Shown here piece after piece: positions 11,669 to 20,649 of a stretch of 23,663 bases of DNA. A model generated the notes under the pieces. That model made no database searches. It was given only the letters and a program-made list of their open reading frames with translations, and was not told where the DNA came from. Source of the stretch: Octopus sinensis (taxonomy: Eukaryota); NCBI RefSeq assembly GCF_006345805.1, contig NW_021836603.1:1-23663 (forward strand). Reading direction: 5' to 3'. How positions within the stretch are numbered: position 1 is the first letter of the stretch; the number at the start of each line of letters is the position of its first letter. The position numbers and the translations under genes were made by a program.

Positions 11669-11935
11669 CTATACAAATATTTCTCATGGCACCAGTACAC
11701 TGTTTACAGATGCTTACATTTTTTGTGTTTTCCGTGAATTTTTCACGGGTTCAGCTAGTTCAAATTAATACACTTCTCAATGTTATCTAGTGGTTGTATT
11801 TTGAGATGTGACACATACAAACATTCACATACTTACCTTGTATACGCACACACATACACACATATATTCACACGGAGTTGAAACGCTGTTTGATTTTTCT
11901 TTCCGGCGTTGAATGTTCACCATCCCATTTCCATT

Positions 11936-11989
<54 letters not shown>

Positions 11990-12146
11990 TCACCTACCTT
12001 CCTTTTACATACACACACATATACTCACACAGAGTTGAAACGCTGGGTTTTTTCTCACCCCTCCCTTTCTCATTCATATGTTGTGACAGAGAAAGACACA
12101 AGAGTATTATCATAGTAGATACTTCGTTGCTGTATTTGGTTAACAA

Positions 12147-12783
12147 CACTGGTTCTGAACAATTTTTCGCCTATGGATCTCTTTGATTCCTATTTTACTC
12201 ATAGCCATTCGATGTTTAAAAGAAACTTTATTGTATACTAGCAGTATCGCCCGGCATTGCTCGGGCTTGTTTCGACCCTTTAGAATTGGAATTTTTGAAA
12301 AGTAAAAATTTTGCATTATGTAGCTTGTTATTCTCTTTAAGTGAACATTTTTCTAGTTGAAATACACCGAAAAAATGACGACACAGCAGTAAAAAAAATC
12401 GTAAAAAATAGGGATTTTCATAGAAAAAAAGCACCTTTTTGATGTAAATGATTTTTGGTGTTAACATGGTCCGATTTGAATTTTTGCTTCTATGGAAGGA
12501 AGAGCAAGCCTTCTTCTATCAGACTCTCAATTTTGTTCAACTGCGCCACAGGGTCTCCGAGAAGATAGTGTTAGTTGAAGGCTACCAAACCTGCCATACA
12601 CAGACAACTTCAGCTTTATATATATAGAAATTTATGATTAAATATTATTAGGAATCGTATAAGAATATTATTAAAATATTTTGTGTATCGTAGAAGCATA
12701 ACAAATTTATTGCACATGAATTTTACCAACAAAATCTCATATGGACCCCCAAATGTCATATTAACCCCGGTTGAAAACTACTG
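12147..12783. mobile_element. Old hAT/Charlie-like MITE split by a Helitron
   Basis: Left end CACTGGTTCTGAACA versus right end GGTTGAAAACTACTG (10/15 inverted match), subterminal TATGGA(T/C)C at both ends, and 8-bp flanks GTTAACAA / CTCTACAA (5/8). Confidence 0.4.
12238..12628 (-). mobile_element. Non-autonomous Helitron (Lep1-like layout)
   Basis: The minus strand starts TCTATATATATAAAG and ends with a GCCCG/CGGGC hairpin (12249-12266) 11 nt before CTAG followed by T: canonical Helitron termini. The base before the 5' TC is T rather than the usual A. Confidence 0.75.
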
Positions 12784-12986
12784 CTCTACAAAATTCTTAA
12801 TGTGAATCCTTATGTCGAAACATATTTTGTTGTATCTCGGGAGGATCATTATGCCAGTAATAAACACACGCACTGGTTCTAATTCACTTATTTTTCATTT
12901 CTCAATTGGTTGACTATTTAAGCACTCAACTAATCGATTGTTTGGTTAATCGTTCGTCGATCAATCAGTCAGTCAATTAGGTTTAG

Positions 12987-13096
12987 CAAATACTTTATGT
13001 TGGCATTTGTGACCTGAGATTTGGACCTGAAGCAGACCTGGAGAAGAGCGGGCAGGACATTTCCTGCGGTGTTTCCAACAAATTCGTTGACAGAAA
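12987..13096 (+). CDS. Candidate internal coding exon (phase 0-2), QILYVGICDLRFGPEADLEKSGQDISCGVSNKFVDR; product unknown
   Basis: Acceptor GTTTAG at 12981-12986, strong donor AA|GTAAGT at 13097, one open frame, GC-richer than the flanks, not microsatellite-derived. Confidence 0.4.
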
Positions 13097-13199
13097 GTAA
13101 GTGCTCAACATCAATCCTTTACCAAACTTAATTGGATTTCCTTAGAAATTTTTATATCAACTAATTTCAGACTTCGTTAATGATTTTTGAATAAATATA

Positions 13200-13624
13200 G
13201 GCACAGGAGTGGCTGTGTGGTAAGCAGCTTGCTTACCAACCACATGGTTCCGAGTTCAGTCCCACTGCGTGGCATCTTGGGCAAGACTCTTCTACTATAG
13301 CCTCGGGCTAACCAAAGCCTTGTGAGTGGATTTGGTAGACGGAAACTGAAACAAGCCCCTCGTATATATGTATATATATATGTATATATATGTGTGTGTG
13401 TGTGTGTTTGTGCCTGTATTTGTCCCCCTAGCGTTGCTTGACAGCCGATTCTGGTGTGTTTATGTCCCCGTAACTTAGGGGTTCGGCAAAAGAGACCGAT
13501 AGAATAAGTACTAGGCTTACAAAGAATAGGTACCAGGATCGATTTGCTCGACTAAAAGCGGTGCTCCAGTATGGCCGCAGTCAAATGACTGAAACAAGTA
13601 AAAGAGTAAAAGAGTAAAAAGAGC
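13200..13624 (+). mobile_element. Full-length tRNA-derived SINE (same family as 806-1200)
   Basis: Full-length match to the reverse complement of 806-1200. 7-bp TSD AAATATA at 13193-13199 and 13625-13631. Confidence 0.9.
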
Positions 13625-14098
13625 AAATATAATTATAAATTTCTAATTGAGAGCCATTTTGAGACGTTTTGTAAAAGAAAGAAATAAAATATATTTTTGG
13701 AATAAACCTTTCTTCCATATTGAAAATACTGGGTTGTATCTAACCAGTTTTCTATGAATTCATTCCAGTTATCTAATTAATATCTAATATAACCAGCATC
13801 AACATCTTCAGTGAATTAACTACTAAAGAAAGATTCATCTTTTGCGTTTGTCCAAGATTAATTCCTAGATATGTGGCAGTGACTATCCACAGACGTTGTT
13901 GATGAAAGATAAGCCACCAATTCACCATTTGAAGAATGTGCTCAACGCCCATTTCCATGGAAGTAGTCCAGGTATTGCGCTAGGTGTCTAAGGCTGTTTA
14001 ACAGATGAGGCCTAAATGCTGATGTTGTCATTGTCTAACTTCATGTCAACCCTGTTCAAGCAATAGATTTATATAATCATGAGCGCGCCAGCCGTGAC

Positions 14099-14305
14099 CA
14101 GGGCCGGATTAAGACCCATAGAGGCCCTAAGCACTTAAAAGATTTTGGTGCCCCATATAAATGTAATTCAAAATATAAACAAAAAATAAACCAGAAGAAA
14201 ATGTTTATTTTTCAAAATGAAACAAAACTAACATTAATAATTTCTTTCTTTTTTTTGCATATTTCTACATTATATTTGAAAAGTTTTTTTCCTATTTTTT
14301 TTATT
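14099..14305 (-). mobile_element. hAT transposon 3' end remnant
   Basis: Terminus CAGGGCCGGATTAAG is hAT-like. Minus-strand FSNIM*KYAKKKKE resembles the hAT C-terminal FAxxKARK motif. The other end is missing. Confidence 0.5.
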
Positions 14306-14339
14306 TTTAGTCGAGCGAAACGACCCTAGTACTTATTTT

Positions 14340-14683
14340 GGTGGAGGCGCAATGGCCCAGTGGTTAGGGCAGCGGATTCGCGGTCATAGGATCGCGGTTT
14401 CGATTCCCAGACCGGGCGTTGTGAGTGTTTATTGAGCGAAAACACCTAAAGCTCCACGAGGCTCCGACAGGGGATGGTGGTGATCCCTGCTGTACTCTTT
14501 CACCACAACTTTCTCTCACTCTTACTTCCTGTTTCTGTTGTACCTGTATTTCAAAGGGCCGGCCTTGTCACACTCTGTGTCACGCTGAATATCCCCGAGA
14601 ACTACGTAAATTTCACGAGCAGGCTGTTCCGTTGATCGAATCAACCGGAACCCTCGTCGTCGTAACCGACGGAGTGCTTCCAC
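14340..14683 (+). mobile_element. tRNA(Arg-like)-derived SINE
   Basis: Head GGAGGCGCAATGGCCCAGTGGTTAGGG ... GGTTTCGATTCCC; near-identical to 19302-19687 apart from a ~40-nt internal deletion. 12-bp TSD AGTACTT(A/T)TTTT at 14328-14339 and 14684-14695. May correspond to the published octopus OR-type SINEs (not verified). Confidence 0.9.
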
Positions 14684-14966
14684 AGTACTTTTTTTATAAA
14701 GCTTGGTACTTATTCTATCGGTCGCTTTTGCTGGACAAATATGTTACAGGGACGTAAACACACCGACACTGGTTGTCAAGTGCTGGTGGGACGGTCAATA
14801 ACAGACATAAACACTGACACACCCACACCCACCCACACTCACGCACACATATATCTATTAAATTAATATATATATATATATATATATATATAGATATATA
14901 TATATCATATTAAGGGAGCAGGGCGAAACTACCTGTCACCGGCATATATATATATATATATATATA

Positions 14967-15787
14967 TAAAGTAAATAAGATGGCTAGCAGCAGGCTGTTT
15001 CGCCTCATACCGAAGGAATTAGAAATGGCAGTCAAAGACCGTTTTTTCCATTTTCTATAAGTGGAGATTCCAAAAACGAAGGCCCATGGGGCTCACATAC
15101 ACAAAACCGGAGTAGCAAATAGACGAAAGCCGTCACTTACCGTTAATAACGAACACGTGTTTCTGGATCGCAAACATAGAAAAGTAGTTTGATTTCCGTC
15201 ATCGGCGTTATATTCGATAGCTTTACCAAATGCCACTGGCCCTCACTTCCGACCCAGCGACATCAGATAGTGGGGGGAAGTGTGCAGATGTTAAAACTAA
15301 GTAACGACTGGGAACGTAAATTTTCCCTCCAAAATTCTGCCATGCGCGCCTTCTGGGTAATCGTAATGGAATGAGGAATCCACATGGTAATGCAATAAAA
15401 ATGGTAAATAATTTTCCTGTGGTTTTTCATGTAACCAACAATTATTTACCGGTAAATTTCGGTATGTAAATACGACAAATTTATTGTCAGGACCTTTGTA
15501 AGGTTCAGTATATAGTAAAGTAAATAAGATGGCTAGCAGCAGGCTGTTTCGCCTCATACCGAAGGAATTAGAAATGGCAGTCAAAGACCGTTTTTTCCAT
15601 TTTCTATAAGTGGAGATTCCAAAAACGAAGGCCCATGGGGCTCACATACACAAAACCGGAGTAGCAAATAGACGAAAGCAGTCACTTACCGTTAATAACG
15701 AACACGTGTTTCTGGATCGCAAACATAGAAAAGTAGTTTGATTTCCGTCATCGGCGTTATATTCGATAGCTTTACCAAATGCCACTG
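14967..15787 (+). repeat. Direct tandem duplication with 549-bp period (unit X, ~1.5 copies)
   Basis: 14967-15238 is repeated at 15516-15787 with one substitution seen (GAAAGCCGTC / GAAAGCAGTC). Confidence 0.95.
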
Positions 15788-15967
15788 TCTTTGACTGCCA
15801 TTTCTAATTCCTTCGGTATGAGGCGAAACAGCCTGCTGCTAGCCATCTTATTTACTTTACTATATACTGAACCTTACAAAGGTCCTGACAATAATTTGTC
15901 GTATTTACATACCGAATTTACTGGTAAATAATTGTTGTTACATGAAAAACCACAGGAAAATTATTTA
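15405..15967. repeat. Fold-back inverted repeat: arms 15405-15588 and 15787-15967, 198-bp spacer
   Basis: The right arm is the reverse complement of the left arm with three 1-nt indels and one substitution. Confidence 0.95.
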
Positions 15968-15971
15968 TATA

Positions 15972-16020
<49 letters not shown>

Positions 16021-16314
16021 CTATACATAAAATCAACAATTGAGGGTAAAATTAATTAGTTATTAATCAATTTCACCAAGTAGTGTTCAGTATGTAAAAG
16101 GACCATTTAGGCGAATTTAAAATATTACATTATATAATTAGGGCTAATAAAAATAAATTACTTTGCCACATACTGAACTTTCTAGAAATAGCAGCCAAAA
16201 AGTTTCTTAACCATTCCACTACTTTAAGAAAATTTCTCTCAGATAATGTTTTACTCATATAACTCACGAAGGTATGGAGGTAAAAGCAAAAAATATCACA
16301 AGTACAAAGATCAT

Positions 16315-16373
16315 TTGAGGACGTTAACGTTTCTAGATTACCAAATAAACTCAGCATTTTTTCGTCAGCTCAA
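16315..16373 (-). ncRNA. Hammerhead-like motif, array copy 1 (GUC triplet)
   Basis: TTGAG-CTGACGA-[29 nt]-GAAA-CGTTAACG-T-C-CTCAA. Stems I and III are intact; stem II is not closed next to the core. Confidence 0.5.
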
Positions 16374-16864
16374 CATTTCTTAATTTGGATTTGGAAGCAC
16401 TAAAAGGAAGAACATACCCATTGGCGACGTATACCTCAGATGAACACGCTCCAGACTGCCAGTACTAACAAATTCAAAATGCGCAAGCGAAGATCTTGCT
16501 CTCTCCCCTCCACCCACGTGGGTTATATCAGTACATATATTTAACGGTAGAACCGAAGCATAGAACAGAGAGAAACGAATTAATAATATCAACAATTGAG
16601 GGAAATTAATTAGTTATTATCAATTTCACCAAGTAGTGTTCAGTATGTAAAAGGACCATTTAAGGCGAATTTAAAATTACATTATATAATTAGGGCTTAG
16701 TAAAATAAATTACTTTGGCCCATATTGAACTTTCTAGAATAGCAGCCAAAAGTTTCTAGCCATTTCCACTACTTTAAGAAAATTTCTCTCAGATATGTTT
16801 ACTCATAAATAACTCACGAAGGTATGGAGGTAAAAGCAGAAAATATCACAAGTACAAAGATCAT

Positions 16865-16923
16865 TTGAGAACGTTACGTTTCTAGATTAGCCAAATAAAC
16901 TCAGCATTTTTTCGTCAGCTCAA
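16865..16923 (-). ncRNA. Hammerhead-like motif, array copy 2
   Basis: Same motif with a GUU triplet and a 1-nt deletion in the stem III palindrome. Confidence 0.45.
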
Positions 16924-17428
16924 CATTTCTTAATTTGGATTGGAAGCACTAAAAGGAAGAACATACCCATTGGCGACGTATCACACCTCAGATGAACACG
17001 CTCCGACTGCCAGTACTAGAAAATTCAAATGCGCAAGCGAAGATTCTTGCTCTCTCCCCTTCCACCCACGTGGGTTATCTAGTAAACATATATTTTAAAC
17101 GGTGAGAACCGAAGCAATAGAACAGAGAGAAATGAATTATAATCACCAATTGAGGGTAAAATTAATTAGTTATTAATCAATTTCACCAAGTAGTGTTCAT
17201 ATGTAAAAGGACCATTTAAGGCGAATTTAAAATATTACATTATATAATTAGGGCTTATTAAAATAAATTACTTTGCCACATACTGAACTTTTCTAGAAAT
17301 AGCAGCCAAAAGTTTCTTAGCCATTTCCACTACTTTAAGAAAATTTTCTCTCAGATAATGTTTACTCATAAATAACTCACGAAGTTATGGAGGTAAAAGC
17401 AGAAAAATATCACAAGTACAAAGATCAC

Positions 17429-17491
17429 TTGAGAACGTTAACGTTTCTAGATTAGCCAAAAAACTCAGCATTTCTTTCGTCGTCAGCTCAA
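17429..17491 (-). ncRNA. Hammerhead-like motif, array copy 3
   Basis: Same motif with a GUU triplet and small indels in the stem II region. Confidence 0.45.
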
Positions 17492-17990
17492 CATTTCTTA
17501 ATTTGGATTTGGAAGCACTAAAAGGAAGAACAACCCATGGCGACGTATCACCTCAGATGAACACGCTCCGACTGCCAGTACTAACAATTCAAATGGCGCA
17601 AGCGAAGATTCTTGCTCTCTCCCCTTCCACCCACGTGGGTTATCTAGTAAACATATATTTTAACGGTGAGAACCGAATCAATAGAACAGAGAGAAATGAT
17701 TTAATATCAACAAATTGAGGGTAAAATAATTAGTTATTAATCAATTTCACCAAGTAGTGTTCAGTATGTAAAAGGACCATTTAAGGCGAATTTAAAATAT
17801 TACATTTATAATTTAGGGCTTAGTAAATAAATTACTTTGCCACATACTGAACTTTCTAGAAATAGCAGCACAAAAGTTTCTTAGCCATTTCACTACTTTA
17901 AGAAAATTTCTCTCAGATAATGTTTACTCATAAATAACTCACGAAGGTATGGAGGTAAAAGCAGAAAAATATCACAAGTACAAAGATCAT

Positions 17991-18051
17991 TTGAGAACGT
18001 TAACGTTTCTAGATTAGCCAAATAAACTCAGCATTTTTTTCGTCAGCTCAA
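17991..18051 (-). ncRNA. Hammerhead-like motif, array copy 4
   Basis: TTGAG-CTGACGA-AAAAAATGCTGAGTTTATTTGGCTAATCTA-GAAA-CGTTAACG-T-T-CTCAA. Confidence 0.5.
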
Positions 18052-19301
18052 CATTTCTTAATTTGGATTTGGAAGCACTAAAAGGAAGAACATACCCATT
18101 GGCGACGTATCACTTCAGATGAACACGCTCCGACTGCCAGTACTAACAAATTCAAAATGCGCAAGCGAAGATTCTTGCTCTCTCCCCTTCCACCCACGTG
18201 GGTTATCTAGTAAACATATATTTTAACGGTGAGAACCGATTTTATATATACATACATATATATACGACAGGCTTCTTTCAGTTTTCGTCTACCAAGTCGA
18301 CTCACAAGGCATTGGACGTCGGCAACGCTTTAGTCGACCCAAGGCTGTAATAGAAGACACTTGTCCCAGGTGCCACGCAGTAGAACTGAACCCGGGACCA
18401 TGTGTTCGAGATGCAAGCGTCTTACCACACAGCCACGCCTGCACCTTTCTTATTAACGCTTGATAATATCCGGCTTGCTGTGTTCTAATCTCCTTTTGAT
18501 TTGTATAGTAAAATCTGATAAGTCTGGCTACAACTTTATCGAGGAATTTTGTTTCTCTTCCTAGAAAATAGTTATAAATTTTTAATGTGTATAGCAGATC
18601 CGAACCATTTACAAAAATTCCAGTAAACTATTATTGTAGCAATTTTATCATACTTAAAGTTTTGTAATTATTTCCCGTATATTGTGGCCATTCTATTTAC
18701 ATTGTGATTGATAGTCTTGTCTCTATCGTTACATTCTTCATTCGGGTGAACAGTGCTGCTTAATTGTGGTTATTGTATTTTAATCCAATTTAACCGTAAG
18801 GTCTACACGTGTGCTATTAAAATATTTTCCTCGTCTCTTTCTTCAATTGGTTCGATGCTTCTTTCTTTAGCTAAAGCCATCTTTGCTTGTCCATTTTTTC
18901 TTTCTTTCGTCTTTTTGAAAAAACGGTGGATCAAACTTTTCTTTTTTACATTCAAAATTTTACTTCCTTTTTGTGTTTATAATTTCCATTTATTTTTCAT
19001 TTAGAGTTTTACTAACTTTGTAAATAATCCTCCACTTATTGCTTCTTTAAGGAGAATTTCAATCGCACTCCTAAATTTGTTTCTTCTAGCTTTACAGCTT
19101 CTTTAAAACCCGTTAATTCCATGATAAACAGACCATTTCTCAATTGAGATGCAGAAGGCTTCTCAACATTGTGAGCTGCTCCCTCGTCTTCATGTCGATA
19201 TCTTTTAGCTTACTCCGTCTTCCACTCGTTGATCCTTGTTCCATGCCTCATTTGTTATACTGCTCTCGTGTGGATTTCTCGTATATTTATTGCATTCATT
19301 A

Positions 19302-19687
19302 CCGGAGGCGCAATGGCCCATTGGTTAGGGCAGTGGACTCGCGGTCATAGGATCGCGGTTTCGATTCCCAGACCGGGCGTTGTGAGTGTTTATTGAGCGA
19401 AAACACCTAAAAGCTCCACGAGGCTCCGGCAGGGGATGGTGGTGATCCCTGCTGTACTCTTTCACCACAACTTTCTCTCACTCTTACTTCCTGTTTCTGT
19501 TGTACTGTATTTCAAGGGGCCGGCCTTGTCACTCTCTGTGTCACGCTGAATATCGCCGAGAACTACGTTAAGGGTGCACGTGTCTGTGGAGTGCTCAGCC
19601 ACTTACACGTTAATTTCACGAGCAATCAGTTCTGTTGATTCGGATCAACCGGAACCCTCATCGTCGTAACCGACGGAGTGCTTCCAC
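19302..19687 (+). mobile_element. Full-length tRNA(Arg-like)-derived SINE
   Basis: Perfect 13-bp TSD ATTGCATTCATTA (19289-19301 and 19688-19700). Homologous to 14340-14683. Confidence 0.95.
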
Positions 19688-19800
19688 ATTGCATTCATTA
19701 TGGATTTATAATCTTTATTCTCTAAATTACTCTTTACTGAGGACTTCCTTCATTTCTATAATTTGGATATTATCACATTCCAGTATTCCAAATTACTAAT

Positions 19801-20065
19801 ATAAAAATAAAAATAAATGCGCCCTTTTAAAGCCTAGCCAGGCTCATGGGCCCCGTTTCCCCGGTTCCAATGGCGTATGTGTTCCCCAGCTGGACGGGAC
19901 GCCAGTCCATCGCATCGTTACTCATTTTTGCCAGCTGAGTGGACTGGAGCAACGGGAAATGATGTGTTTTGCCCAAGAACACGACGCGTCGCCCGGTCCA
20001 GCAATCGAAACCACAATCTTACGATCATGATGCTGACACCCTAACCACTAAGTCACGCGCCTCCA
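19801..20065 (-). mobile_element. CORE-type SINE with (TTTTTA)n tail
   Basis: Perfect 12-bp TSD CAAATTACTAAT (19789-19800 and 20066-20077), tRNA head, and CORE-like TTGGGCAAAACAC ... GTTGCTCCAGTCCACTCAGCTG. Confidence 0.9.
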
Positions 20066-20504
20066 CAAATTACTAATGTGATTCAATACAATGATTTCAT
20101 ATTCTCTGCATCGGATAGATCTATTCCAGTGTTTTTGTGAATCTTTTCGAAGCTTCAGCCCCGTTATAGCACATTTTTCAATTCTGAATGTCATCTGAAT
20201 ATCACCACCAAAGGTTCTTATGGTTAGTACTAAGGAATTTAGTCGATTACCTAGTATATATAAATCACAGTACGTGTGTATATATTGAGTAACGCTTACA
20301 TTTCCACAATTCTCAACCGATTGTCTCCAAACATTACACACACATTACTTATGTTCCAAGGATGGTGATGCAGTATAACATTTTACCCAGAGCTCCCACG
20401 TAAACAGACAAACCGGGAAAACGGTGGTTTACACAGGATTTTTTCTAATTTATTGTATATACATAGTTTTTTTGTATGTAGGGTCTTCCATACTTTTTTA
20501 ATTC

Positions 20505-20649
20505 TATTAGGCTGTCCCAAAAGTTCGTAAACACTTGCGAAAATTGAATTTTTACTCGCCAAGTACTAACAAAAACAACAAAAATTATTCCTCAAAATAA
20601 AGACCATTATTTTCCAAGACTTTCTACGAACTTTTGGGACAACCTAATA
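20505..20649. mobile_element. Tc1/mariner-type MITE (141 bp plus TA duplications)
   Basis: TATTAGG(C/T)TGTCCCAAAAGTTCGTA inverted repeats at 20505-20529 and 20625-20649 (24/25 match, terminal TA included). Confidence 0.9.

Larger units (their letters stand above)
16031..18239. repeat. Head-to-tail array of a ~555-bp unit (unit Y), about 3.95 copies
   Basis: The anchor TCA(A/C)CAA(A)TTGAGGG recurs at 16033, 16589, 17143 and 17707 (periods 556, 554, 564). Copies differ mostly by 1-nt indels. Confidence 0.95.
14308..18445 (-). mobile_element. One SINE of the 806/13200 family split into three pieces (14308-14339, 14696-14850, 18264-18445)
   Basis: The pieces are collinear with the intact copy at 856-1200 (TAGTCGAGC ... 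/ TACTTATTCTATCGGTC ... GGTTGTCAAG / ACGACAGGCTTCTTTCAG ... ACCACACAGCCAC). The breaks are a SINE insertion and the ~3.3 kb composite in the internal microsatellite. Confidence 0.8.
18450..20260 (-). mobile_element. Decayed R4/Dong-type (RLE) non-LTR retrotransposon: RT C-terminus, zinc finger, restriction-like endonuclease; interrupted by two SINEs
   Basis: Minus-strand motifs in order, across frameshifts: LNSLVLTIRTFGGDIQMTFRIEKCA, GILECDNIQ, AIN, LKDIDMKTR, AVKLEETNLG, ILIAH.*TLRLNWIK, C.....TINH, DKIATIIVYWNFCK, SDFTIQIKRRLEHSKPDII. Confidence 0.85.

Noticed and set aside
10714-12056. Short local duplications (10714/10861 and 11850/12006)
   Set aside because: About 45-50-bp diverged duplicates next to microsatellites; ordinary slippage products.
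14341-14415. tRNA-like sequences (also 6123, 13205, 19304, 19990-20065, 22370-22462)
   Set aside because: They are SINE heads followed by SINE bodies and TSDs, not tRNA genes.
15503-15527. 20/25 similarity between unit X (GTTCAGTATATAGTAAAGTAAATAA) and the minus strand of unit Y
   Set aside because: Borderline for AT-rich sequences of this length; not taken as homology.
16031-18239. CRISPR or Helitron interpretation of the array
   Set aside because: Whole units repeat with no unique spacers, and no CTRR plus hairpin terminus was found at the array ends.
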